Shown one piece after another: positions 1 through 10,837 of a stretch of 64,000 nucleotides of DNA. Source of the stretch: a virus. The notes under the pieces were generated by a model. It was not told the origin of the DNA. It saw only the letters and a program-made list of their open reading frames with translations, and did no database searches. Position 1 is the first letter of the stretch. Each line of letters starts with the position of its first letter. A program made the translations under genes and the position numbers. Location of the stretch: positions 1 through 64,000 of IMG/VR virus record IMGVR_UViG_3300034064_001073; one strand, written 5' to 3'.

Positions 1-239
1 GTATACTTATAGTATTTAGCTGGTAGACTTACATCTTGTTCTATGTGGAATTGCTTATTGTATTTATCAAAAATGCTAAGAGAGAACATGTCAAATTGCT
101 CAGACATGTCTGACATAATTGACTGGAAGTTACTATGCTTATCTGTTCTTGCCTTTGACCACCCAGGAAAAGAATTGGCAAGCTTTTGAGCACTTAAAGA
201 GTAGTACGGTCTTTTTCTAAATTCTTTATAGTAGCTCAT
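1..239 (-). CDS. baseplate wedge/structural protein, 3' truncated by window edge
   Basis: Not in the ORF track. ATG at 239 lies 1 nt after the baseplate-J stop, and the frame stays open to the window edge (MSYYKEFRKRPYYSLSAQKLANSFPGWSKARTDKHSNFQ...). Function is inferred from position. Confidence 0.6.
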   Translation of the reverse strand, partial: MSYYKEFRKRPYYSLSAQKLANSFPGWSKARTDKHSNFQSIMSDMSEQFDMFSLSIFDKYNKQFHIEQDVSLPAKYYKY

Positions 240-240
240 A

Positions 241-1416
241 TTACTCGATTACGTTTACAATAACAGCAGGACTTCCATCAGGAGATCCTAACGTTGCTAT
301 TTGTGTTTCTAGTACTGATATTGTTTCGCCAGGGCTTCCAATGTTTTCAAACTTTGCTGTTCCCTCGTAGGCTGTATATACAACTGAATCAAAGGTATCT
401 GAGCCTAGTCCTAAGTTTTTTATGCCTGGGACGGCACTTTTAACTTGACTGACCAATGCAGAAAGAGAAACACTCTGTCCTCCACCAAGGTTATTAAAAT
501 AATTTGCAATTGCCGTCTTAACAGGGTCAATCAGATTTGATGCTGTAAATCCAGTATTTGCAGATATTGTTGTTTCAAACACAAATCCAACAGGATCATA
601 ATTTTTTACTAAGACTTTTCTTCCTGCACCTATCTGCGCCTCAAGTCTTTGCTGAATTTCTCTTATGCTTGATTCAGGATAAACGACACCTGAGTATGGT
701 TGAATGCATATCATCAAAGAACCAGGGCCATCATAGTTTTTTATTATTGTAGATTTTCCTAAACTTGGGATTTTTGAGATAGCACTATTTAGCATAAACT
801 CAGTATTTGCATTTGATTCTATTTTTTCTAGAATTCTTTCTCTTAGAACCCCCATACTCTCTGGGCTTTCACCATTTACAATTGCTCTTGTGTTTGTAAT
901 TGTTAATCCCGCATATGTTTTCTCAAATTTGTTAAGTTCACCTTTTGCAGCATTATATTCTGATCCAGATGCAAAAGCTTGGACTCCTACATACGTACTT
1001 GTCTGTGAATATCCACCTGGCTCAACTTCAGTGATAAAGTATTTTCTGTTACCAGCTAGGACAGTTAGACCTACAAGTTCAACATTATTGATTCTTAATG
1101 CATCATTAATGCTTCTCCCATTTATAGTGCTTACCAGTACACAAAGATCACCTACGTCTGCCCTTGCCTTTCGGCCAAGTCTTCTTTTTATATTGAAGTC
1201 TTCAGTATATCTGGAAATCTGATCTTCACTGATTGTATTGAAATGTATGTCTCTAAGAGTATTTTCTTGTTTTGCTTCAAGCTGTGCAACCTGAACACTT
1301 ATATCAGAGGCAAGACCATCAAGCATTGAACCAGAGCCATAGTAGGAAGCTCCTAGTCTACGCTTTGCATTGTTGATGATTTCTCTTTTAATTGCACTTT
1401 CAGATCTTATGCCCAT
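241..1416 (-). CDS. baseplate J-like wedge protein (P2 gpJ / Mu gp47 / T4 gp6 class)
   Basis: 391 aa. Typical baseplate-J segments (VQAFASGSEYNAAKGELN, ITNTRAIVNGESPESMGVLRERI, GPGSLMICI, VKTAIANYFNNLGGGQSV). Follows a gp25-like gene. Confidence 0.85.
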   Translation of the reverse strand: MGIRSESAIKREIINNAKRRLGASYYGSGSMLDGLASDISVQVAQLEAKQENTLRDIHFNTISEDQISRYTEDFNIKRRLGRKARADVGDLCVLVSTINGRSINDALRINNVELVGLTVLAGNRKYFITEVEPGGYSQTSTYVGVQAFASGSEYNAAKGELNKFEKTYAGLTITNTRAIVNGESPESMGVLRERILEKIESNANTEFMLNSAISKIPSLGKSTIIKNYDGPGSLMICIQPYSGVVYPESSIREIQQRLEAQIGAGRKVLVKNYDPVGFVFETTISANTGFTASNLIDPVKTAIANYFNNLGGGQSVSLSALVSQVKSAVPGIKNLGLGSDTFDSVVYTAYEGTAKFENIGSPGETISVLETQIATLGSPDGSPAVIVNVIE

Positions 1417-1418
1417 GT

Positions 1419-1892
1419 TTATTCTCCGAAGCCAGTAATTGTTTTAAGTTCTTGTGTCCCATCATAGAATATTGAATTTACTATCACAGGAACTGGATTA
1501 CCATTTGTTCCTAGTATTTTCATTTCTATATGAATAATGACAGCCTCTCTGCTGATAGGATCAGGAATTATATCTACTTTTAATCCATAGTTATTTGGAT
1601 TGATATTACTATTAATTATATTCTGATAAATATAAGATTTAAGTTGTCCAATTCCCGTAGATGTAACTAGAGTTTTTCTTCCTTTTGGAGAAGCTCCAAA
1701 CTTAGGATTTGTCTTATATGAACCTACTGCTGTGTTCAAGCACATTCTAATTAGCTGTTTAAATGTATCAACATTATTCTCATCCGTAAAAGCAAGATCA
1801 GCATTTCCTTCTGGTCTTTTAGTTAATACAAAATCCCAATTAGAAGATAGCTTTATATCTTTTACGCCATATGGATCTTGTATATTAGACAT
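1419..1892 (-). CDS. gp25/gpW-like baseplate wedge (sheath initiator)
   Basis: 157 aa. DLAF..KQLIRMCLNTAVGSYKTNPKFGAS matches the gp25 pattern (Q.i...L.T..Ge....P.fG). Directly upstream of baseplate J. Confidence 0.75.
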   Translation of the reverse strand: MSNIQDPYGVKDIKLSSNWDFVLTKRPEGNADLAFTDENNVDTFKQLIRMCLNTAVGSYKTNPKFGASPKGRKTLVTSTGIGQLKSYIYQNIINSNINPNNYGLKVDIIPDPISREAVIIHIEMKILGTNGNPVPVIVNSIFYDGTQELKTITGFGE

Positions 1893-2209
1893 TAGAGCAT
1901 CCCAACAGCGCCGCCAATAAGAGCGTTTACAGCAAACATGTTAGCAAATGCCAGTAATGGACCAGGACTAATTGAATACTTTGGACCGATAGGAAACATT
2001 CCAACAATAGGATTAGCGTGAGTTAGCATTCCATAGTATGTCATTTGATCTGGGCTAATTTGCCAATTAACAGAACTTGCTCCTGCATTCATTGACTTCT
2101 TATCTAGCACAAGAAATGTTTCAGTACCAGCTCCAATGCGAACATAATCTAATCCAACCTCAATAAAGGCATCACCGTCTGGAAGTTTTATAATTTTTGC
2201 CTCAGCCAT
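1892..2209 (-). CDS. putative baseplate spike/tip component
   Basis: 105 aa. Short beta-strand repeats at the N-terminus and a hydrophobic C-terminus. TAATG overlap with the gp25-like gene. Positional call. Confidence 0.35.
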   Translation of the reverse strand: MAEAKIIKLPDGDAFIEVGLDYVRIGAGTETFLVLDKKSMNAGASSVNWQISPDQMTYYGMLTHANPIVGMFPIGPKYSISPGPLLAFANMFAVNALIGGAVGML

Positions 2210-2217
2210 TTTGTTCC

Positions 2218-2793
2218 TTAAAATCCTGGGATTCTTGTGTTGTTTAACATTGATGGAAAAATCTGTATAAAGTTACCAGATCTATTTTTATTATAAGTAT
2301 AGGACCATTGCTCTGTTGAGATTGCTCCATTATTGCCGAATCTAGAATCTGATATTATGGTTGCTGTTCCAAAAAGAAAACTAGTTGGATGAAATGTATA
2401 TTCAATTACTGGCTGCAAGCGTTCGATTGTATCTCTAGACCCGAAGCTTGTAAATAATTCTTGAGGGGTAGATGTTAATCTAAAGAACACTCCATCTTTA
2501 TTTATGCTATTGCTTTCTAATATTTCGTTCCACTCAACATTAATTGATTTACCATCAGTAATACTTTTATTGCCCGCAGAGTCTAGTCCATTAATTAGAT
2601 TCAATCGAAAATCTACGTAAACACTGTTACCTATTAATTGTGTCCCATTCGGAAATATATCTCCTGGGAAATAAATTCTAGTTATATACCCCTTCATTGA
2701 AATGAGGCTATCTAACGCCGGACTCCCAACGGACTGATGATCAAAGCTTTTACTTAGCTTATAACCTATATTAGTTTTTGGTACTTTAGGCAT
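2218..2793 (-). CDS. putative baseplate protein (possible spike N-terminal/OB-like)
   Basis: 191 aa between hub and gp25-like genes. TAATG overlap with the hub gene. Positional call. Confidence 0.35.
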   Translation of the reverse strand: MPKVPKTNIGYKLSKSFDHQSVGSPALDSLISMKGYITRIYFPGDIFPNGTQLIGNSVYVDFRLNLINGLDSAGNKSITDGKSINVEWNEILESNSINKDGVFFRLTSTPQELFTSFGSRDTIERLQPVIEYTFHPTSFLFGTATIISDSRFGNNGAISTEQWSYTYNKNRSGNFIQIFPSMLNNTRIPGF

Positions 2794-5700
2794 TATTGTT
2801 TCTTTACACTTGGGAATAGATACTTATCAGCCAGCACACCACCAAAGTCTTCAAACATCTTATCAACGCTAAATCCAATGCTTTTAGCCGAGAACTCAGT
2901 CTCTAGTAATGTATTATCCATCGAAGCGCCATATCTAAGCCTTGCATTTGCCATTTTCATAATAGAATCTGCACGTTCTATAGACTTACCAAGTCCACCA
3001 TCCATCCAGTACTGTCTTATGTACTGACCAGGCGATTTATACATACCACTTCCAAATCCAATATTAGTTCCTGCAACCATAGGAATTCCTTCTCTTGCTA
3101 AAGGAATCATCATATATGCTCTACCTTCTGCTATATAGTTATATATGATTGAGGTAAGTGATGATGAAGCGTAGAAGTAAGCAAGGCTTGCCGCTGCCGC
3201 TCCTCCTAGTAGAACAGCAGCTCCACTACCAAATAAGCCTTCTCCATATATAAATTTCTTTGTTGATAACCCAAGAAGGCCTCCTGCTAGTCCACCAACT
3301 ACCCCTGATCCTACCGCTATGCTCTCAACAAAGTCTTGGGCAGCATTAACTTCTTCAAAAACTTTTAATGCCTTTTGTCTATAGTTAGCAGTTGATTCTG
3401 CAAGATTGTCCAAATAATACTGACCTTCACTTGTCATATTATTGTACTCTCCCCAGTTTGGGAAAGCTGCAACCGCCAATTCCATATAGTACTCAGTTCT
3501 TGTATAGACCGAACTTTGAAGTCCATTAAAGATAATGTAAGGAGTCACATCCTCTTCAACAACAAATGTATCAGGATATATTTGAGTAATGTATCCAGTC
3601 TCTGGACTAAAGATATGGTGAACTTCTTCTACTTCAATTGGACCATAAATATTATTGTAAGTATCATTTAGAATACAAACATCATAAGGTTTAATATAAG
3701 GATTACCCATTATAGTCAAAGACCCCTTGTACATTTCCTTAGCTTGTTTTGCAAGAATAGATCTAGCATATGTATTTGCCATACCCTTGCTTTTGCAATT
3801 GGGAAATTGATAGGTAGTTCTTCTAATGAACTGTGGAGATAAATCTACATTTGCCTTTTTTACAACTACGTTGTCTTTCTGCCAGTCAATAAAAGCATTT
3901 GGATTAGTGACTGCAGCCGGAACATTATTCTTCAGACGTGAGTCACTATATTGAATTTCAACTTCTGTATACCAAGCATCAGCAGTTGCTTCAATATCAT
4001 TGCTGATAATGTCTGTATAAGAATTCAAGTTGTGCCAATTTCTAAATGGCCTAAATCTCCGTCTCGCAAGTCTTACAAAGTTTGCAAGCTCCTCAGAGCT
4101 AACTGCAGGAACCTCTCCATAGTCACCTAAATTATATTCAGCAGAAGTATCTTTTCTTTTCTCTTGAAGAAAAGGACTATCTTCCTCTAACGTTCCACCT
4201 GACTTTAATATCTTTCTAAAGATCTTGTCTTGTCGATATACATCAAGAGGATCTCCGCAGTACTCCCACATATTCTGATCTGGTAATCCAAAAAACATAG
4301 TCATACGATTACTATTCTTGTAAATTCTAGGATGCTTAACATAACTAGGATGGCGATAAGTCATTTCCTCAAAGACATCCCAGATAGTAGAGTAGTAAAC
4401 ATTGTAGATCAAAGAGTCAGGATCATAAACAGAAATTAACATTGGACTATTTACATAACCATCTTTATCGTTTGTTGCGACTTTATGTCGACTAAGTATA
4501 TCCGATTGGTACGTCTTTGCCTCCTCAATGGAGCCAATGTCTCTCTCATTTGTAAGGTAATCTATTCCATAATATCCAGCAGTGAGTACTGCTTGTGTAA
4601 TAGCCTTAAGTACAATTCCAAAACCTACTGCAGCAACAAGAAAAAACCCAATTTTTGTTTTTGTAAGTTGCCCAACTGCACCTCGGCTGCCATATAGTAG
4701 CCCAGCAGTTACTCCTGCTGATATACCTGTTGCAATACCAGGTATCCCAAGTCTTTTTGCTTTGTCTTGGAATTCTTTCAGTTGCCCATCTTCTACTTCT
4801 ACAATCCGCGCTGTTCCGTCTCTAGTTAAAGAGCCAGTCCACGTTCCAAACCAGTCATACCAATAGTACCCTTGTAGCGGTTGGTAGCTGGGAATATAGA
4901 GATTATCGTCTTGAGGGCCAGCAAATGGTTTTATAATGTAACCGCGATTTGCTTTATTTTTCCAATTTTCTAGGGCATCAACGGTCTTGTCAATTAAATT
5001 GAAATCAAGGTCGTCTCCAAGCCCATAAAGAATATTTATAAGTCCCCCTTTTCTTCTGGCATTGTGCATGCCTCCAACAGCGAACCCTTCCTTGTAAGCC
5101 AAATCCGCTACTTCAATGCTTTTATCTTCACCAAAAGAAACAACACTATCAAATTTCTTTTTGCCAAAATGGATGATTTCTGGCTCAAACATTAATCTTG
5201 CAAGCAAGTCAAAAGTATCCATATGTTCTTTTGATGTCTCTTCTTGTGTGCTTCCTTTCAACTTAGCAATTAATTCAGCACCGTAAGACTGAGCAACAAC
5301 TTCAATCTTATTGCCAGAACCATCTAGGTTTATATCGGTAATTTCCCCAAGAAATACTTCTTCAAGTTTATTAGCATCATTGCTAAAGCCTAAACAAACT
5401 TTAATTTTCATACCAGCATTAAGAACAAATCCTATATCTGATTGTTCAAACTCTGTTCCTCTAAGTAGCGCATTACTTGATTCAAAATCAAGACCAGTTC
5501 CTACATTATTCCTTCTCTCATTTATTTTATTATCAGCAATTAAATTAGAGTTAGCAGCCTTAGAGAACTGGTTGAAGCCAGTAAGTACACCATTTGGATC
5601 TACAAATGTTAAACGACAAATTGAGCTTGGACGTTTACGGCTATCTGCAATTTCCAGTCGCTCTATCTTAGAGTAAGTGTAAATCTCATCAAGTTCAATA

Positions 5701-8700
5701 TACTCTTTATTGTATATGTCATCTTCTTCAATCAAGTAAACTTTACAGACTGGATAAGCTCTTCTTGCTGCTAGTTTTCTACGGCCAATACTCTTTAGGC
5801 CATCATGTAATCGAGTTAGATTGGCATATCTTTCAGTTGAGTATTGAAGCATAATAGCAGGATCTCCTGATCCGCAATCTTCATCAAAGAAATTATAAAG
5901 ATTAAAATCTGGATAATTCTTTTTACTTTGATTTGCGTTTGGATCAGCTTCCCCAAATTTACGCCTAGGTCTTACTGCTGGCGCAATATTAGGAGGCTCA
6001 GAGGGATTACTTGGATCGACTGGATCATTGCTATCAGGAGTGGAGCCATCAAGATCAGCTTCTTCTTGAGGAGTTAGATCAGCTACAAACTCTTCATAGT
6101 CTTGCTGCAAATAAGTTTGCATTTTAATAACATAATCCTCTCCAGAAATTTCATTAAAGTCTTTAAGAGTTAAGTTAGCAAGCGTACTCATTCTTAACTT
6201 TAAATTATCTTTATCAGCTTTATCAAAGTTCATAGACATAGGAGCAAGTAAGTCTACATTGGGACCAAGCCAAAGTCTAAGGTTTTCCCACCCAGCTTTA
6301 GAGCTTTTACTCTTAGGATATTTTTTATCTAATTCTTCTTCTGTTCCTTCGCATCCGTCAAGTGCTGGAGTTTGCTTTGGAACTGCTTGGGTATTGTGAA
6401 TTTCATTGCTCCATGCTCCTATGATTGACTCTAAGTACTTTCCAGCTTCCATTGCATTTGTGTATCTATCAAAGAAATTCTTAAATGTTGCTGGCGTACC
6501 TATTTTAGTATCAGCATTCAAAGGAGAACTTGCTTTTCCTAATCTTTCAATATCACCTGCAGCAATATTAGCTTGCATATTGATTCCAAAGTTAAAGATA
6601 TCCTGAGGGGACCATCTTGCGCTTAGCTTTGTAGAGTCAATTTGTCTGTCTCTAAGAAATTCTTCATTGCCTTCAATCGAAGGATTATAAAGATAAAAAT
6701 CTGGCTCTGTGAAACTGTTGCCTCTTGAGAAGTTTGCAATAAACTTTCCATCAGTAACTACTGCGTCTTGATTAAAATTATTTACAACCGCAGGAAAACC
6801 TAAAGCATCTACTCTCTGATTCCAGTACGGATGCAGAGGTAAATCTAAGTCTTCGTAGGTAGGATCTACGAGGCTTTGCTCTTGCGCAATAAGTAGTTCT
6901 CTTGTCTTTGGAAAGAATTCTGTCTCAACAGAGATCTTATATATACTTTCAAAATCAAAAACATTATTTAGATAAGGAATAATTAAGTAGTTCCAAACAT
7001 AATCCATAAAATACTTGTTAGGTACTGTTAGCTTCATCCATCCAGTTGATGTTGGGTCATCTATTATTTCTTGGAATTCAGTTATCCAATCAGCAACCAT
7101 AGTCTTGCCATCTCTTAGTATAAGAGGACGATCCTTCGCAGCAATGTCTTTGAATATCCCGACTGGGCTACCAATGCCTATATCTTTTAGATTGAGTGAG
7201 TCTGGATGGTATTTTGCATTTCCTCCATTAATTGTTCTTTCACGATACTCATAGTAGAAACTTTCAGTTTGAAATTGGGAGTTTGTTGTTTGCAATGCAA
7301 ATCCATCAATGCCATTCTTAATATTTTTTATATTAGCCTGGATTGCCTCGCTTGATTTATTTTCCCTTGCACCATCTAGGTAAACTCCAGCAAGATCATC
7401 AAGTGCAATACTGCTTGCCGTTGTTAGGGACTGAAAACCTGCTCCTTTTCCTGCGAGAATTTTAATAGTATTGTCAAATGTTCGGCCAACAAATCCTTGG
7501 CCAGCTGATCTTTGTTTTGTAAAGAAATCTTTAGCAAGGGCCAACTTGCCACTAATAAAATCAAAAGTTCCCTGACCTGCTTTCCAAGCTCTAGTATTTG
7601 AAAACCAAGCTCTTACTGCACTTGTCTTTTGAGCAGCATTTATAACAACTGTATTGTTCTTCCAAGCAGTAGCAACTGCTCCAACTACAGCTGTAGTCTT
7701 TTGTCCTGGGGCCGTAGCTGCTACTCCTGCTACTGCTTTTTTGGTAGCGGTAGCTCCTTTGCCGATAATAAAGCTAACACCCTTACCAAGTGCTCCTACT
7801 ACACTGCCAATTACATACTCACCACCCCAAACAAGTCCAATGTCAACAATTGTATCTTTGAAGTCGTAACCTTTCCAGGGTTTGAAAAGATGCTTTGCAC
7901 CTGGCTTTATAATTGTATAAATTTGATTAAGATTTATACTTCCATCAGGCGATGTTCCTGCTGCTGCACCTATGGCGTCTTCTACCTGAACTAAGTCATT
8001 AACACTAGTTATAGGTTTAACTATCTCATAAATCTTAACGCCAAACTCTTTTGCATCTGTTGTAAAGTTTCTTAAGAAATTAGGACCAAAAGCTTCTTCT
8101 TGAAAAATTTCATCAGGAGCAAATCTCCTGACATAGTCAAAATTTTCACGAATCCAAGTATCTGATTTTATCTTATTGGCATCACCAAAAGTTATTAAAG
8201 ATCTTGGTGTTCCTTGGAAGCTAGTTCTCACAGGATCAAGAACGCTGTCATTGTAAAAATAACGTTGCATAAAGATACAACGCCACATCCAAAGAAACCA
8301 AGTATTTCTAGCTAAGCCTAGCATAGACCTATGAGACCTTATATAAGGAGCTATTGGATTTGTTGTGGTATCTCCAGATTTTGTCCAGTAGTCTAATGCA
8401 TCAGCATATGAACTTTGACCTTCTCCATCTGCAAAAGTAAAAGCTTCAATTCTGAGAGGTAATTCGCTTATGTCATATTCAATATGCTCTGCTTCTAGTT
8501 TAAAGTCCCAGTAAGCAGGAGCTATAGACTCAAACGCCATAGGAGCAATAGCTTGAAACTGCAAGAATTGATTTGCGTAAATACTTCCACCTGTTGCTAC
8601 TAAGAATTCACTTTTGTATCTATCAGTGTAGTCTTTCATCCACATGAATGGTTCATCAGTCATTAAAGTAGGGTTCAAAAATCCATGCCCATCATTATAG

Positions 8701-10793
8701 AATAAATTAATGATTGTTTTGTTTGTGGGTACTTCTAGTCTGTAGCTTCGGTCTATATATCGATAGCCATCAGGAATAATTAACCTGTTAACTAGGTTAA
8801 GAGTTCCACAGATTTTTTTCATAAACTCTCTGTGACCTTCGCTCAAGCCTTCTAGTCTATCATTAAACCAAATGCTTCTTGTTGTATTCCAATACAAAAA
8901 CAACTGGTCTTTAATATTAGCTAAACTAGATACATCTACTTTTCCTTCATTTGCATCAGTTACAGTAATTGGAGTAGGGTCACAATTGTCTGACAGACAT
9001 GCTACCTCTGTTGTTATAGGAGGATTAGACTGACCATTCTTTATATAATTAACAACTGTTCTAGACACTAATTCTTCTATAAAAGTTTTTTTAATGTCAA
9101 TTGATGAAGTAATTGATTGTCTCTTAATCCTTGCATTTTTTATATAAATATCATTTGCAGTTAAACGCATTTCTGTGGCATAAGATCCAGGAGTCTCAGG
9201 AACGGTAGCACTGTCTAATCCATTAATTACAAAGTATAAATCTCCCATTGCGTTGATAATATTATTTTCAACTCTTAGGACATAAGATTCTGGAATAAAT
9301 TTAAATTGTATTGCTTGCTTTTTAAGAGTGTCTTTTATTACCTCTATCTGCCTAACAGCATCAAGACCTAGTGATTTGAAAGATATAAGAAAGCTATTAT
9401 CAGCTCTACCCAAGAATTGGGCAGTTGGCATACTAATTCCTTGAATTGGCAGCTTCTTAAATACATTAAAGGATGTGGCAGATATAAAGTCACAACTTAT
9501 ACCCCTAGCAAGATTGGCTTTATCTAGCTCTGCATTTGGATTACTTGATGTTGGAATAACTAACGTATTGTCTTTGTAGAATAAGTCAAAGACAGTTAAG
9601 TCTTTATTGTAAAGATTCCATCCCTTTTTTCTTAGCTCTTCAATCTGAAGTTTATATCTTGTAATTGCAAGAATTAGATCACTTTGCTCAACTTTCTCGT
9701 CTTTAGGAGGAAGTGTAAGTTCTGGCTTTGGTGGTACTACAGGCTCAACAGGAGTTGGCGCTGGAACAGGTTCTGGCAGTATAGCAGCCTCTGCAGGTGG
9801 CTCTGGAGCAGGAGGTAAAGGTTCTGGTGCAGTTGCAGGAGGAGATGGTAGCACTGCAGGTGGAGGTGTAACTGGTGGCGTTGGAGGGGCAGCAGGAGGT
9901 ATCTGAGCTACTGTTGTAGGAGGTATACCTAATGCATCTCTAAACATCTCAGCGCTTTCAGCTGCTGTTTGGGGCAAGCGAAATGCACTCCAATTAGCAA
10001 TTGGCTTTGTAACGGGAAGAAGCTCTCCCATTTGATTTTTCGAATTCTTATGACGTCTTCTTAGAGCCGCTATGACGTCAGGGGCAAGGCCTTCTCTGAA
10101 AGTTCCACCACCACCTCCACCACTAGCAAAGTCAAAATGCATACAGTCGGATGATACACTTCTAAGAGAAAAGTGCCCTCCCCATCTAACACATACGCCT
10201 TCACCAGGGGGCTCTGTAAGGTTGTAGGTACTATCAAGTGCTTGTCCCATAGAATTTCTAGAACCCCAACGGTGGCCAGTGCCTCCTCTCTTTAAATCAT
10301 CCCAATTTACAGGAGTTCCATTATTGTCTATTACTAGATTTTCTTTTATACACTTAACAACAATCTGAGCAAATAACTCATAGACTCTATAGTATTTAGA
10401 ACTTCTTATATTCGGTAGAACTTTACCCTCAGGAGTTACGAGGGCAATATCGATTGCTCTTCCTCTTTTATGATGAGGGCCAGCATTTGCGTACATACTT
10501 CTAAGCAATATTCCGTTAGCGCCACGTTCTGGAGCTACATAATCAGGTGTGACCTCAAGATTTCCTTCTACAACTCCCTTGCCGTATACATGCCAGCCAT
10601 TTGGCAAATACTTACTAGCTGCCTTTATCATCAACTGCAGTCGAGGATCTGCATCAACTAGATTGTCCCACCCTCTGGGAGATGTTAGGTCTTTTTGTTC
10701 TGGAGGTATTACTGGTTTCCAATAAAATTCTCTTCTTTGGATACTGGGCTCATATCGAACAGTATTGAATTGATAGTCTTGTTCTCTGCCCAT
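2793..10793 (-). CDS. giant baseplate hub protein with N-terminal M15-type Zn peptidase domain
   Basis: 2666 aa. N-terminal HHKRGRAIDI / VRWGGHF / DCMHFDF (M15 Zn peptidase), then a Pro-rich linker. The C-terminal half has gp27/gpD hub-like segments (GMKIKVCLGFSND..VFLGEITDI..IEVVAQSYG; YKGSLTIMGNPYIKPYD..GPIEVEEVHHIFS..GYIT). Confidence 0.75.
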   Translation of the reverse strand: MGREQDYQFNTVRYEPSIQRREFYWKPVIPPEQKDLTSPRGWDNLVDADPRLQLMIKAASKYLPNGWHVYGKGVVEGNLEVTPDYVAPERGANGILLRSMYANAGPHHKRGRAIDIALVTPEGKVLPNIRSSKYYRVYELFAQIVVKCIKENLVIDNNGTPVNWDDLKRGGTGHRWGSRNSMGQALDSTYNLTEPPGEGVCVRWGGHFSLRSVSSDCMHFDFASGGGGGGTFREGLAPDVIAALRRRHKNSKNQMGELLPVTKPIANWSAFRLPQTAAESAEMFRDALGIPPTTVAQIPPAAPPTPPVTPPPAVLPSPPATAPEPLPPAPEPPAEAAILPEPVPAPTPVEPVVPPKPELTLPPKDEKVEQSDLILAITRYKLQIEELRKKGWNLYNKDLTVFDLFYKDNTLVIPTSSNPNAELDKANLARGISCDFISATSFNVFKKLPIQGISMPTAQFLGRADNSFLISFKSLGLDAVRQIEVIKDTLKKQAIQFKFIPESYVLRVENNIINAMGDLYFVINGLDSATVPETPGSYATEMRLTANDIYIKNARIKRQSITSSIDIKKTFIEELVSRTVVNYIKNGQSNPPITTEVACLSDNCDPTPITVTDANEGKVDVSSLANIKDQLFLYWNTTRSIWFNDRLEGLSEGHREFMKKICGTLNLVNRLIIPDGYRYIDRSYRLEVPTNKTIINLFYNDGHGFLNPTLMTDEPFMWMKDYTDRYKSEFLVATGGSIYANQFLQFQAIAPMAFESIAPAYWDFKLEAEHIEYDISELPLRIEAFTFADGEGQSSYADALDYWTKSGDTTTNPIAPYIRSHRSMLGLARNTWFLWMWRCIFMQRYFYNDSVLDPVRTSFQGTPRSLITFGDANKIKSDTWIRENFDYVRRFAPDEIFQEEAFGPNFLRNFTTDAKEFGVKIYEIVKPITSVNDLVQVEDAIGAAAGTSPDGSINLNQIYTIIKPGAKHLFKPWKGYDFKDTIVDIGLVWGGEYVIGSVVGALGKGVSFIIGKGATATKKAVAGVAATAPGQKTTAVVGAVATAWKNNTVVINAAQKTSAVRAWFSNTRAWKAGQGTFDFISGKLALAKDFFTKQRSAGQGFVGRTFDNTIKILAGKGAGFQSLTTASSIALDDLAGVYLDGARENKSSEAIQANIKNIKNGIDGFALQTTNSQFQTESFYYEYRERTINGGNAKYHPDSLNLKDIGIGSPVGIFKDIAAKDRPLILRDGKTMVADWITEFQEIIDDPTSTGWMKLTVPNKYFMDYVWNYLIIPYLNNVFDFESIYKISVETEFFPKTRELLIAQEQSLVDPTYEDLDLPLHPYWNQRVDALGFPAVVNNFNQDAVVTDGKFIANFSRGNSFTEPDFYLYNPSIEGNEEFLRDRQIDSTKLSARWSPQDIFNFGINMQANIAAGDIERLGKASSPLNADTKIGTPATFKNFFDRYTNAMEAGKYLESIIGAWSNEIHNTQAVPKQTPALDGCEGTEEELDKKYPKSKSSKAGWENLRLWLGPNVDLLAPMSMNFDKADKDNLKLRMSTLANLTLKDFNEISGEDYVIKMQTYLQQDYEEFVADLTPQEEADLDGSTPDSNDPVDPSNPSEPPNIAPAVRPRRKFGEADPNANQSKKNYPDFNLYNFFDEDCGSGDPAIMLQYSTERYANLTRLHDGLKSIGRRKLAARRAYPVCKVYLIEEDDIYNKEYIELDEIYTYSKIERLEIADSRKRPSSICRLTFVDPNGVLTGFNQFSKAANSNLIADNKINERRNNVGTGLDFESSNALLRGTEFEQSDIGFVLNAGMKIKVCLGFSNDANKLEEVFLGEITDINLDGSGNKIEVVAQSYGAELIAKLKGSTQEETSKEHMDTFDLLARLMFEPEIIHFGKKKFDSVVSFGEDKSIEVADLAYKEGFAVGGMHNARRKGGLINILYGLGDDLDFNLIDKTVDALENWKNKANRGYIIKPFAGPQDDNLYIPSYQPLQGYYWYDWFGTWTGSLTRDGTARIVEVEDGQLKEFQDKAKRLGIPGIATGISAGVTAGLLYGSRGAVGQLTKTKIGFFLVAAVGFGIVLKAITQAVLTAGYYGIDYLTNERDIGSIEEAKTYQSDILSRHKVATNDKDGYVNSPMLISVYDPDSLIYNVYYSTIWDVFEEMTYRHPSYVKHPRIYKNSNRMTMFFGLPDQNMWEYCGDPLDVYRQDKIFRKILKSGGTLEEDSPFLQEKRKDTSAEYNLGDYGEVPAVSSEELANFVRLARRRFRPFRNWHNLNSYTDIISNDIEATADAWYTEVEIQYSDSRLKNNVPAAVTNPNAFIDWQKDNVVVKKANVDLSPQFIRRTTYQFPNCKSKGMANTYARSILAKQAKEMYKGSLTIMGNPYIKPYDVCILNDTYNNIYGPIEVEEVHHIFSPETGYITQIYPDTFVVEEDVTPYIIFNGLQSSVYTRTEYYMELAVAAFPNWGEYNNMTSEGQYYLDNLAESTANYRQKALKVFEEVNAAQDFVESIAVGSGVVGGLAGGLLGLSTKKFIYGEGLFGSGAAVLLGGAAAASLAYFYASSSLTSIIYNYIAEGRAYMMIPLAREGIPMVAGTNIGFGSGMYKSPGQYIRQYWMDGGLGKSIERADSIMKMANARLRYGASMDNTLLETEFSAKSIGFSVDKMFEDFGGVLADKYLFPSVKKQ

Positions 10794-10837
10794 TCTTCGT
10801 TTCCTTTCAAAGCTTTTTAAGCTTTAATTTAAAAGTA

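Noticed and set aside
9700-9930. Pro/Ala-rich and Gly/Ala-rich quasi-repeats (also about 14210-14720 and 56720-56800) as repeat arrays or CRISPR
   Set aside because: Low-complexity coding linkers with no fixed-length direct repeats or spacers.
10805-10830. AAAGCT-TAAAA-AGCTTT inverted repeat as a terminator
   Set aside because: Short AT-rich stem with no convincing U tract, next to the hub RBS; too weak to call.
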